This document shows positions 48,110 to 60,537 of a stretch of 64,000 nt of DNA, piece by piece. Positions within the stretch are counted from its first letter, which is position 1, and each line of letters opens with the position of its first letter. The notes beneath the pieces were generated by a model that was not told where the DNA came from, searched no databases, and saw only the letters and a list, made by a program, of their open reading frames with translations. The stretch lies in assembly GCA_951406725.2 (NCBI GenBank), contig OX597815.1:161324001-161388000 (forward strand), in the 5' to 3' direction. A program made the position numbers and the translations under genes. This stretch comes from Octopus vulgaris (Eukaryota).

Positions 48110-48520
48110 TGTGAGTAAGATTGGGATGGAAAAAGCTCAGTGATTTATTACACCTGGTGGCAATAAGTGCAGTCTTCCTTCATGCGAAGGAGAGATTGTG
48201 TGATGCTTGTCTATGAAATGTGATGATGTATAACAGCAAACCGTGGGCACTGAAAGTGGAGTGCACATGAAGGCTGGAAAGAAGTGAAGCAAGTATGTTG
48301 TAATGGGTATGTAATGCTGTTAGTCTTCATGAAAGACGGAACACAAATGAAATATGATTGATGGAATATGTGAGAAATCACATGTAGTGTGCATCAGAGA
48401 AGACTGCACAGGTACAGATGTGTGAAGGATGACAGAAGTAAAGAAATGCCAAGCAATCAAATTGGAAGGTACCTGTCGAAGAAGAAAACATTTGAAGAAG
48501 TGGCATAACCTGATCACAAA
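48110..48520 (+). pseudogene. Highly degraded RTE ORF 3' fragment
   Basis: Remnants KERLCDACL, PWAL, LERSEASML, VKKCQAIKLEGTC align by eye with the C-terminus of ORF 34847-35743. Confidence 0.6.
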
Positions 48521-48744
48521 AGACTAAACTGCATAAAGACAAAAACAAAAGACAAGTAGCAAGATACTCTGCTCCACCCATCCCATCTGTCTGTTTGTCT
48601 GTCTCTCTCTCATCTCTCTCTATTTCTCTCACTCATCTCTCTCTCTCTCTCTCTCATCTCTCTCTATTTCTCTCACTCATCTCTCACTCATCTCTCTCTC
48701 TCTCTCTCTCTCATCTCTCTCTATTTCTCTCACTCATCTCTCAC

Positions 48745-48794
<50 letters not shown>

Positions 48795-49287
48795 ATGCGT
48801 CATGTCAGTTTTACAGGCATCAGCAATTATAACTATCATAAACTTTTATACCAAAATCTGAAGATTCCTGATTTTTCTTGTAAAAGATACAACAGTGGTT
48901 TTCTATTGGCTTCTGCTAATCTCTAACTCTTCCAAACTTACATTTAAGAGCCTAGTTAACCCTTATATAGAAGGACTGGTTCAGAGCATGTCCACACTCT
49001 AGTGGGCCTGTGATACATGTCTTGGGGCTAGTCTGTCTCCAAGTCATAGAATCTTCTACTATTTGAATGGTTACTAGAGCTCTTGGCAGATACTATTACT
49101 ATGGGTCAGATAGGACCGAGTAATTATGACTTAGGAGCAATTCCATGAACCCTAAAACCCCTGAACCTTCCAAGCTGGATCCTCATCATCAAATACAGTT
49201 TCTTGTATTGTCCAGGCTGTATGCAAATATGGAAAAGTTGACTTAAAAAAGGATGATGTAAAGAATGCCATTATTGATTCAGTCTTG

Positions 49288-49758
49288 AATTTATCCTAAT
49301 AGCTTCAATGACTCAAATGAATAAATGACTAAAGATAAAGCCTAACTGAACATCAGTGTTTCCATGAGCTTAATGTTTAATCTTACACTTTTGTCACAAT
49401 CACACATCTTGAACAATTCACTGCATATCTAAGTAACAAGAGGTTTGTAACATTTCCAGTATGTATCAGAATAGTTTGAGATCTATTGTCCTTGGTAAGT
49501 ACCTACTGTTAGTAGTATTATCTATATTAGTAATCAGTGTTTATTTTATGCAGCTAAATATTTGGCTTCATGTTAGACTTATACCATATACAGGTTGTCC
49601 CAGAATTAATTATTTCAGTAAAATTGGACAATTTATTCTAATAGCTTTAATGACTCAAATGAATAAAAGACTAAAGCTTAACTGTATATCAGTATTTCCA
49701 TGAGCTTAATGTTTAATCTTACACTTTTCTCACAATCACACATCTTGAACAATTCACT
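49288..49758. repeat. Local rearrangement: ~130-bp duplication flanking a copy of 45407-45614
   Basis: 49288-49422 matches 49630-49758; 49419-49634 matches 45407-45614. Confidence 0.9.
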
Positions 49759-51010
49759 TAAAACAAAGTTAGTAATCTCAGTCATACTTTCTTTTCTAAC
49801 CAGATGAGAAATTAAAAGACCTGATCAAACAGCTTTCTAAGTTAGCAAATGCAAACTAGTTGTTTTTTTCCTTTTTTTTTTTGTCATTGCCAAGAACTTT
49901 CTTTACCAGAATTTCTACTTTTAATTTGCATGACCCAACATAAACCTCAAATGCAACATATAACTGCTACTCTTGTCCCTCCCACTTTAATCTGAATTTT
50001 TTTTTCTATAAGCTATCTTCAAAGCATGAATCATTGGCTTGAAGTACTTTACAATTTTCCTTTCCACCGTATCATCTATACCTTGTAACCTATCAACAAG
50101 TTTTATTCTTCCTATCTTTCACACTTTTCATTGCCTATATCATTTGTCAGTTATATTAACTGTTTTTCTATTCTAACATCATGTTGCCTATTGCTTAATT
50201 AGACCTAAGTTCCATCCACAGATTTGCTGTAGTTTGTCTTTTAAGAATGACCAGCAGTTTTCTACACTGCATGAGTTCTGTTTCTTTTACTCTGCCCACA
50301 AAAAAAAAAAAAGAAAGAAAAAAACGCATAAAGCATTGTTTTTCATAGAAGGCATCTTTTGGCTTCTTTGCATATTTTCTAATATCATCAAAAAATTTGA
50401 CACTCCTTCCTAGAGACAGCTGCTTTTGTAACCATTTGTTTCTAGTCAACCTATGCCAAGTGGATCTAATGCTTCATTCCACCAGACTGGTATGTAAGTA
50501 GTCAGTAGTAGTTTGGTTGACATTTGTTAACATTTGTGTTGTAGACAGTAAATTCATTAGTTATATAGAACTGAATACTAGAAATCTCATGCTGAAGATT
50601 TTCCAAAATATTTAATCGGAGTAGTAGATGTTGATTTGTATAAAGATAGTGTAAATATTATAAATGCGAAAATACAAGCCTCAAACAAACTATTACAATT
50701 TTAAATGAGAAAGAAAACAATTCAGTGCAAATTCCAAACTGCAGGTCAACAAAATTTTGCTTTATGCTATCTCTTCAGAGAAGAGGAACAATTTTACTGA
50801 TGCACTCATGCACACATACATAATAGACATATGTATGTATTTACTTGTAAATACTTGTATGTGTGCATGTCATGTATACAGTGTCATTAAAATGCTTGCG
50901 TTGTTGTGCACCTAACACATGTCAGCCAGATAAAAAAAAATGACAATGAGTCAATGAGTGCAAATGTTAACACACACACACACACATGTACATTTATTTG
51001 CTTTACTTAC

Positions 51011-51041
<31 letters not shown>

Positions 51042-51127
51042 CTCATGAATTAGTACATTAAGAGAAACCTGATAATGATGACAGAAACTAATGAACACAT
51101 AATCACTCTCTCTCTCTCTCTCTCACG

Positions 51128-51159
<32 letters not shown>

Positions 51160-51711
51160 GAGGTGTGCATACATAAATTTGTGTGTGAATAAATTATCTA
51201 AGGTTATAGCAACCATGCCTCAGTCTCAAAAAAAACAAAATTCTTAACTTTTACTTCTTGCCCAGGTGCAGAACTGATAATCTACATTTTATAGGAAATC
51301 GCAAACAGAAAATTCTAATTTTCTATTTTTTTTATAATTAACATTAACATAATAATGATATTCCTCGAAATGGATAAAAAGGAGCCGGACATATAATAAC
51401 TACAACCATCAAGTTGATATATATATGTATATATAAACAAATGGGATGGTATTATTAAAATACCATCACAAGTGGTAAGCGAATTATTAGCTGTAAAGGC
51501 AAATTAATAAAATATATACATACAATATTAGATATGTACATATATACGCAAGTGTACTACATGAGTACCTATATCGCCAATGATAGAAGTCAAAAAATAC
51601 TTCTGTACCACCGAAAAATCACAAATCTATTACAGGCAAGATAGAAAAAAAATCAATGAACAATAATAATGTCTTACCTCAAATGGGTCAGAACAAGCAA
51701 ATGCTGGTCAA

Positions 51712-51769
51712 CTCGGTACTGGTTTCGAAATTTAGCGCCACCCAGACGCGTGATTTCTCATCAGCCAAA
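51712..51769 (-). ncRNA. Type I minimal hammerhead ribozyme motif with canonical core
   Basis: tttgg CTGATGA gaaat-cac-gcgtc-tgggt-ggcgc-taa-atttc GAAAC ca GTA ccgag. Confidence 0.72.
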
Positions 51770-51838
51770 GTCCACCAGCTAAATAACTACTAACATTCCC
51801 CGTCCACCATCATGCTTGTGAAAGTTATATACATATAT

Positions 51839-52255
51839 AGGTGCAGGAATGGTTGTGTGGTATGAAGATTGCTTCTCAACCACATGGTTGAGTTCAGTCC
51901 TACTGCATGGCACTTTTGGCAAGTGTTTTCTGCTATAGCTTCAGGCTGACCAAAGTTTTGTGAATGGATTTGGTAGATGGAAACTGAAAGAAGCCTGTTG
52001 TGTATATAGATATATATATATATATATGTATGTATATATATATATATATATGTGTGTGTGCTTTTGTGTTTGTGTTTGTCCCCCCATGATCACTTGACAA
52101 CCGATGCTGGTGTGTTTATGTCCCAAAACTTAGTGGTTTGGCAAACAACACCAATAGAATAAGTACTAGGCTTACAAAGAATAAGTCCTGTGGTTGATTT
52201 GTTCGACTAAATGCAGTGTTCCAGCATGGCCACAGTCAAATGACTGAAACAAATA
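51839..52255 (+). mobile_element. SINE family A
   Basis: Family A similarity. Confidence 0.88.
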
Positions 52256-52399
52256 ACATATATATATATATATGTACAACATTTCAAATTGTTAGAACAA
52301 TTCCACTAAAAATGCCTTCACTGCATTTTAAACATTAAATGGGACTTTTTTACTCTAGACACAGATGTCTTTATGTCTGCAGGAATCACTTCAATTAAA

Positions 52400-53061
52400 C
52401 CAATTATTCTGAATAATCAGATGAGATGGTCTGGCCACATTGTTCAAATGGCAGATAATGCACACCCAAACAGCTCTTTTATGGTGAGCTTGCAGAGAGG
52501 AAATGCAATCGGTGTAAACCTAAAAAGAGATTTAAGGACAGCATAAGGACTACCATGAAGTCGCTTGAATCCAGAGGCCACAGAAAACTTTGCTTCAGAT
52601 CAAGCTGGATGGTAAACAAAAGTATGGAGCGGAGTAAAAGCTTTTGAGGAGGCCAGGATGATACATGCAAGACTCAGAAGAGATTCAAAGAAGATTGTTG
52701 TGATCAGTGATAAGGTGAATCTCAGCGACCTTTTGGTGTGTACAGTTTGTGATAGACAGTGCCTTTCTTTTGCTAGGCTCAAATCTCATTTATGGACCCA
52801 TGGAAAGTGAAACTCCAATAACTACTCTACCGATATATCTGTGCACACTTTTCAATGCTGTGTATGCCATAAAGTCTGTAAATCTAGTGGAGGCCTTAAA
52901 AGTGGCAACTGCTGCTTTTAGTGGTTCAAATCAGATATAAAGACATCCACATGTCTTTTCAACACATTGTCTAGTTTAAAAAGCCATGTCAGATGCCATG
53001 ATGGACCTAATGTGTTAATAAATGAGGTGGTCAGACTCTGTATAAGGAGTAGACAACAACA

Positions 53062-53062
<1 letters not shown>
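52400..53062 (+). pseudogene. Degraded RTE (BovB-like) LINE 3' end with C2H2 zinc-finger remnants
   Basis: QMRWSGHIVQMAD, PKQLFYGELAERKCNRCKPKKRFKD, CTVCDRQCLSFARLKSHLWTH, CCVCHKVCKSSGGLK, SSLKSHVRCH. Confidence 0.72.
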
Positions 53063-53127
<65 letters not shown>

Positions 53128-53130
<3 letters not shown>

Positions 53131-53286
53131 TTTTTTTTTTCTCTCCTTGTTTTTTCTGTGTACCTTTCTGTAGAAGAGCATAGGCTCGAAATGTAAAAGA
53201 CTTTTTCTATTCCTGAGCGTTATACTAATACATCTGTTTGTTTTGTACACCACCTGTCTTCGTCTTTTGTTTTTTTCATAAACTTT

Positions 53287-53290
<4 letters not shown>
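53128..53290 (+). mobile_element. Short element with variant minimal hammerhead, copy 2
   Basis: ccttt CTGTAGA a gagc-atag-gctc GAAAT GTA aaaga at 53163-53200; (TA)n on both sides. Confidence 0.6.
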
Positions 53291-53327
<37 letters not shown>

Positions 53328-54026
53328 TAGTTATAGTTATAGTATATTCTGTTTAGAATGTAGTAGAGTACAGTATAAGCTCATTCACCTTCAGATTTCA
53401 CCCTGTGCTATCCAGTTGTAGAATTATACATACTTCCAGGTTTTCATTTGGGCATCGGTCATGTGTGACTAAATCATGGAAAAAATTTGGAATCAATAGT
53501 TGGACATTTATTTTTCAATCACTGCTATTGTTTCTCTGCAACGTAATTCTCCAGGTGTACAGGTACTTGATTATGCAACTGTTTCCTTGCATTATGAGAT
53601 CTAGTTGTGTTATCTCAAGCAATATATAAATATTGTCTCCATAAGTTCAATTTCTTGGCTTCAAGAAGTTGTGGCTTGAATTTAGTAGTAGTTTCTGAGT
53701 TTATCAATGTGCGTTGTTGCTGAAGGAATGTTGTAGATGTAGTGGGATGATGATTCTGCTACTGTTAAAGTGGTTGCTGTTTTAAAGAGATTGGCATTTC
53801 ATTTCTTTGTATTGCTGGATTTGTTCTACATGGTAGGTTACACATGGGATTGTCATTAGCTGACCTTTAGAAATTGGCCTAAATATACACATACATGGTC
53901 GTTCACATATAGATCCATATACATACTAATGCAGTGATACATCCACACATACATCCATATATATACATTACATATGTACATACACACTACGGATATATGT
54001 ATTCACACATCCATATATGAGTGCAT

Positions 54027-54060
<34 letters not shown>

Positions 54061-54430
54061 CATAAACTTACTTGGAAATAGATGCATGGCGTTCAATCAA
54101 ATGATAATATAAAATATATATATATATATATGCATATATATGTGTATATGTACATACATACACACACATGTATGCATATATGGGTACAGGACATCACAAA
54201 TCATAAACAACAGGAAATACGAAAACAAAAGAGTTGAATACATAAACAATGAGAGAAACAAATGGAAAACAGGACAAGTAACATAAAGAATGACCCTTCA
54301 TCAGTTGTCGGCTGTCCAACTGCTCTTCATTTTGAGCATTGAACAACAATATGAGTCTTTGAAGGCAGTTACAGTTGATATTCAACTGTAAGGTAACTAT
54401 TTAAACCGTAGTTTATATATATTTATTTAT

Positions 54431-54600
54431 TATAATAAGAAAATAGAGATGATTAATAAATTATTATTTATTGATTAAAAAATTATTATTTACTAATGAT
54501 CATTTATTAATTAAAAAAGGTGTAAAAGATGGTTTCTTTAATTTTTTAATTAATAAACGATAATTTATTAATTATCTTTTTATTTTCTTATCTTATTATA
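54431..54600. repeat. AT-rich inverted repeat (~55-bp arms)
   Basis: 54431-54485 versus the reverse complement of 54539-54600. Confidence 0.7.
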
Positions 54601-54605
54601 CATAC

Positions 54606-54659
<54 letters not shown>

Positions 54660-55570
54660 TTATACATATATATGCATACATACATGTATACATGTACACA
54701 CACAAATGGGCTTCTTTCAGTTTCTGGGACCTGAAATCAAGTGGTTGGGGAGAATATTTGTTATCATACTGCCAATTTAAATGATGCTTCTAGGTTAAAT
54801 TATGTAATTTTTTTCTAAACACATTTATTGATTTTGTGAACAAAGTACATCAAAATATTTTTATGGGTTCTTAAATGCACTGCAGCAAAGGAGGTTTGAG
54901 AACCATAAGTCAAAACGCTGATTGCAAAGGATGACATTTGGAGAGTTCTGGCTGCATAAACTTAAATATTGTTATTATAGTGTCATTTACATAAGATACT
55001 CTAAAAGATCTGTTTCCATACATAACCCTTTAGCATTCAGTTTATCATAAAATGTAATGCTTATTTATTCACATTGTTTTGAATTAATTATCTTGTAACT
55101 TCAAGATTTTGATGATGTGATTGCTTATTTTTTGAAAGATATTGTAGGATATGTAGAAGAGGTCAGACTTGGCAAGTTTGAATATAAAATGGCTAGTACA
55201 TTTGGGCCAGATATGGCCAGATTAAATGCTAAATAGAGAAACAAATATTGAAACAAAATAATTTAAAACTGATTTGCATTTTTGCAGTCCTGGTCTTTAC
55301 CATCTTAAAGAATTAAAAGATTTTGCCAATATTTGCAAGACAATTTCTTTCTACTACTTTCAGTTACATATATAAACTTATCATCAAAGTTGACACTAAT
55401 CAATATTCTCGCTATGGCTCAGAGAAAAAACAGAAAAATGGATCCTTAAAAGCTTACATTGATACCCTGACAATATCTTTTGTTTCAGTCTTTTAGTGAA
55501 AAGTGCAGTCAGTGCTTACGGCTTTTTACAGTCTCCAAAACAAGTGACCAGACCCAAATGCCTGTAAGAA

Positions 55571-56192
55571 AGTGAATTTTGTTAGAGGTACCCAAGATAC
55601 TGAGAGGTTTTGTTAAACCAGGCAGTAGAATCAGTCTACCACCTGAGTAGGTCAAAGTGGTATTTGAATTCTGAACTGAAAGAGTCAGAACAAAGATTGC
55701 AAGACATGCAGACTGATGTTCTCACAGTTCTGCAAACCCACTGCTAGCTTGGACTGGTATTTTGTTTTTTTATCTGCCACAGAAGAATGAAGGGCCAAGA
55801 TGATCTCAGCAGGATTTGAACTCATACAACAGAGAGCTAGAACTAATACAGCAAGACATACAACCCCAACAATTTAATGCTTGTAACTAAGTGAAATGTT
55901 GTTAGAGGCATCCAAGGCACCACATGGTTGTGTGAAGCCAGGCAACAGAATCTGTCTACCAACCAAGTAGACAATAGTGATATTAGAACTCTGAACTGAA
56001 AGAGTCAGAACAAAGATTGCAAGGCATACATACTGATATTCCTACAGTTCTGCAAATCCACAGCTGTCCTGGATTCATACTTTCTTTCTATAAACTGCAG
56101 AAGGATGAAGAACCAAGATGACCTTAGCAGGATATGAACTCATACCACAGAGACTTGGAACAAATATTACAAAACATTCAACCCAACAATTT
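55571..56192. repeat. Old ~320-bp tandem duplication containing SINE-B-like fragments
   Basis: tctgaactgaaagagtcagaacaaagattgcaag at about 55670 and 55990. Confidence 0.8.
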
Positions 56193-56727
56193 TACAACTC
56201 TACTAAACTGTTGCCTGTCGATGTATTCTTGTAAAACTACTTTCAAGAAAGGTAAACCAATCTCAGACAACATTCTCTAAGCTAACTGGAACACAAGAGC
56301 TCAGAATTACACATGAAATAGTCTGTCATTTTAAAGGTGAAACAATGACATTTAAATCAAATCTATATTCTACAAGGCATAACCTGCACATAGAAACCAA
56401 CATGCACACACATATGCTTATACATTGACACAAACACACATTCACACACAATCAGTCTAGTGTGAAAACTAACTGATGTTGCTTAATGTTTATCTGTAGA
56501 TATATGTCAAATAGCATTTTGTTTACATTTATATATATACACACACATACATACAGATAGATAAAGATATATATATATTTATTGTTGGTGGTACCATGAT
56601 ATGGCTACAGGAAGATGACTGAGACTAGTAAAAAATATTATTTTTCAAAAACTTATGTGTGTATAAGTGGTTATATATGTGTGTGTAAATGTAAATATAT
56701 GTATTTATATATATGTATGTGTGTATG

Positions 56728-56764
<37 letters not shown>

Positions 56765-56834
56765 AAATCATGATTCGTCTACCTTTCAACTTCTGTTCTT
56801 TCAACATGTGATCTCTTGAGCACCACCAGCAAAA

Positions 56835-57013
56835 ATATTTTTTTCCTCTGTCTTCCCTTCTCGGGTTCTTTCCTTCTCCTTTGTTTCCGACGAAGAGCTC
56901 CGCTCAAAACGTTAAACCCTCCTTCCCTTCTTTCCTGAGCGTCAAATAATACTTTAATTGTTCCACGTCCTCGCATTGCTGTGTTTTTTTCTGTTTTCTT
57001 GTTTGGATGAACT
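56835..57013 (+). mobile_element. Short element with variant minimal hammerhead
   Basis: gttt CCGACGA a gagc-tcc-gctc aAAAC GTT aaac at 56883-56917; downstream ttcctgagcgt shared with the 25055/53128 family; ends at (TA)n. Confidence 0.5.
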
Positions 57014-57349
57014 ATATATATATATACACATCGTAAAATATATTTACCAACTAAATATGGCAGTCCCATAGAGGACGATATTACTGTTGTTTTTAGCCCC
57101 AGGAGGACATCTCTTCCAGCTGGTTAATGACACACTGTCTTTGTCCAATTAGTATTTGTGAGGGGAAGTCATCACTCCCATCTCTAGCCTTATGTGATAC
57201 ACACAGACCTGGGTTTCTGGGTAGTTACCCATCTTTAGTAATTGATAATCACCAGCTAGTGGTGAAAACTCATTCCACTTGCAAAATACTATACGCTTTT
57301 TCCAGCAACAAACTGTCGATGATCTTAAAAAAGGAGAAGGAGATATATA

Positions 57350-57998
57350 TTGGTAATAAAATGCAGGTGGCTAGCTGGACGGATCCTCCAAATTTTCAAG
57401 ACAAGAGAAAAGGAAACAATAACAGTCCTCAGCTGCTTGGACTACTACTCCCAACAATGATATATAAAATTTACAGTGGAACTCAAAGCAATCAAATGAA
57501 GCTACACAAAAAAATTCATCTCAATGCAATATATTAGCTACTGGGGAAGACTGAAAGAGTTAAAATTCTTCTCTCTAGAATGAAGGCAGGAAAGATATGC
57601 TGTGAAATACATCTGGAAAATCCTGGAAGACTTTGTACCAAACTTTGGCATTGAAAGTTACACAAACAGCAGAATGGGGTGCTACCACATAGTACCAAAG
57701 ATCCCAGCATCACCATCAAACCAACAACTTGGGTTTCAAGGGCCCACAGCTCTTGAATATCCTTCCAAAATGCCTGAGACCTGCAATGGTGTAGATGTAG
57801 GTGTCTTTGAAACAAAACCGGATCACCTCTTGTTAAGGGTTCCAGCTGAGCCTACTTACAGCAAAAAGCACAGATGTGGGCAGCAACATCAAACTCCCTC
57901 TTTTACCAAATGTCCTATATCAGAGGAGGTTTCAAATAATGATGTAGCACAGCTAATGGTGGTGCCCCAGCATGACCGCATCTTTAAAGCTGAAATAA
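57350..57998 (+). pseudogene. Degraded CR1-group LINE 3' end
   Basis: VLSCLDYYSQ, SYWGRLKELKFFSLE*RQERYAVKYIWKILEDFVPN, GPQLLNILP, VPAEP, AATSNSL; terminal motif shared with SINE tails. Confidence 0.8.
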
Positions 57999-58434
57999 TT
58001 TTTTTAAAAATTAAAGCAGAGTGTGTGTGTGTGCGTGTGTATAAAAATTGATAAATTTCATATCAATATTTCCAAAAATATATGTTAACATGACATTATC
58101 AAGGCTATCCAAAATTAGTGAAATGTGAAGTGAATATCTGAAATATTACCAGTATATAAACACCTATAAAATGTGCATATGTGTGCATATTAATAACACA
58201 TGCATGTAGATGCATGTATATAATGTATGTATCAAATATGCTTAGATATGATGGGGGACAAATAAAAAGAAGCCACTGGCCAGGGAAACACAAGCTTAAT
58301 ACTTTGTCACATGTACTTGTTGAAGGAATCATGGATAAGATCTATTCGGCATGGTATAGACTCACAGCTTGTATAACTCCAACTTCTCTGTCCAAACAAT
58401 AGGCATTGAGGAAGAGCATGAAGCCAATTATATA

Positions 58435-58856
58435 TTTTGACTGCAGCCATGCTGGAGCACCACCTTGAAGGGTTTTAGTTGAACAAATCAACCCCAGGAC
58501 TTTTCTTTTTGAGCTTAGTACTTATTCTATTGGTCTCTTTTGCTGAACCACTTAGTTACAGGGATATGAATACACCAGCGCTAGTTGTCAAGCAGTGATG
58601 AGGGGACAAACACAGGCGCAAAGACAGACAGTTACACACACATACACACATGCACACACATGCACACACATACACACACACATGTATACACACAATGGGC
58701 TTCTTTCAGTTTCCAACTGCCAAATCCACTCACAAGGCTTTGATCGGCCTAAGGCTATAGTAGAAGACACTTGCCCAAGGTGCCATGCAGTGGGACTGAA
58801 CCCTAGACCATATGGTTGGGAAGCAAGCTTCTTACCATACAGCCACACCTGCGCCT
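58435..58856 (-). mobile_element. SINE family A
   Basis: Family A similarity. Confidence 0.9.
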
Positions 58857-59544
58857 CTATACAAATATCTGAATTTTCAAAAACCCTCAACTTGCATGTT
58901 AGAATAGGACAAAGTTAATAAAAAGTACATAAGGAATTAAAAAATAAAACATTTCATGCAAGAACATACACGGTTAAACATGCATGCACACATTATTGTA
59001 TGTACGTAAATACATATAAGAAAAATAAATTTATAAATCATTTCAAATCTAAACCTCACAAAAAAAGCCCATCATAATTTGCCTCAATCTACCCTATTTT
59101 TAATGACTGTAATTAAAATAAATATGTCATGATTAAAAAAAGCATGCATACTATATTGATGTGTGTTAAATGGTTTAGTTTATAATTATTTTTTGTTTTT
59201 GTTTTTACATTTAATTTGTGGTTCCTCTCAATCAATTTCTCAAATATAGTTTGGTATTTACATGTTAGACCATTTTCTGAAATACTTTCATGCAGTTTTG
59301 TGCACAAAGTCAAAATATTTTTGTACATTTGTTCTCTAGAGTGTGTTTGTGTCTTGCTGGTTTTATTTATTATCATTATTATTATCTTTTTATCAAGAAA
59401 TGCATATGAAAGGTTTTCTGATCAAACAAAAAGATTTATATACAAATGTATATGCATTATGCTTACATATTTTTTTTTTACATTTGTACATGTGTGTATG
59501 AATCCTTGAATGTATCAAAGAAAAAAAAATGAAAAAAATATCCC

Positions 59545-59962
59545 AGGTGTAGGAGTGGCTGTGTGGTAAGTAGCTTGCTTACCAACCACATGGTTCCGGA
59601 TTCAGTCCCACTGCATGGCACTTTGGGCAAGTGTCTTCTACTATAGCCTCGGGCCGACCAAAGCCTTGTGAGTGGATTTGGTAGACGGAAACTGAAAGAA
59701 GCCTGTCGTATATATGTATAAATATATGTATGTGTGTGTGTGTTTGTGTGTCTGTGTTTGTCCCCCTAGCATTGCTTGACAACCGATGCTGTTGTGTTTA
59801 CGTCCCCATAACTTAGCGGTTCGGCAAAAGAGACCGATAGAATAAGTACTGGGCTTACAAAAGAATAAGTCCCGGGGTCGATTTGCTCGACTAAAGGCGG
59901 TGCTCCAGCATGGCCACAGTCAAATGACTGAAACAAATAAAAGAGAAAAAAGAGAAAGAGAG
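59545..59962 (+). mobile_element. SINE family A, full-length reference-like copy
   Basis: A-box-like gtggctgtgtggtaag, B-box-like ggattcagtccc, internal (TA)(TG)n, terminal hairpin and aaagag tail. Confidence 0.92.
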
Positions 59963-60321
59963 TACATACATCTTCTTCCATCAGTGATAGCACACTAGTA
60001 TTCTATTTGTGTTCCATTGCATATATGATGTATTGTAAATTCAATTATTATGTTCAGTTTTATAAATTGATCCTTAATTAAAAAATGAATAAATGAAACA
60101 ACTAATTTTAATTCAGTTGAAGTCTTGTGTTCAAATACTGAACTGCACATTTTTGTTCTTCCCAGAATGGGGCTCCTCTGATAGTATTTAGATTTTACTT
60201 CATGCCATGTAATATTCCAACATATACAGATAGAAAGAAAGAGAGAAGGAGAAATATTTGGTTTCTTATTTTCTAATTAAGTTCAGTTGGATATTTAACT
60301 ACCAAAACAAAAATAAAAGAA

Positions 60322-60441
60322 GAGGAGCTGCTCAAAAACGTGGCACATCTTATATGACTTTAAAATCTTGTTGAGTATACCGAGGAGCTGCTCAAAAACG
60401 TGGCTCATCTTATATGACTTTAAAATCTTGCTGAGTATACC
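60322..60441. repeat. 60-bp tandem duplication (2 mismatches)
   Basis: gaggagctgctcaaaaacgtggc...gagtatacc twice. Confidence 0.95.
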
Positions 60442-60537
60442 ATCTAAAACCTAAGCCTAACACTTAACACATGATTTTTGAAATGTTATAAATGCATCTC
60501 TTTTCACAGATAATATTGTATATGTACGTGCCTGTGT

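Noticed and set aside
50195-50490. 84-aa minus ORF with protein-like composition
   Set aside because: Interrupted by an A-run-derived tract, no motif recognised; at best an unidentifiable transposon remnant.
54182-54385. CTGATGAAGG on the minus strand near 54295-54304 as another hammerhead
   Set aside because: No GAAA with a closing stem II follows; probably a repeat, but the fold cannot be supported.
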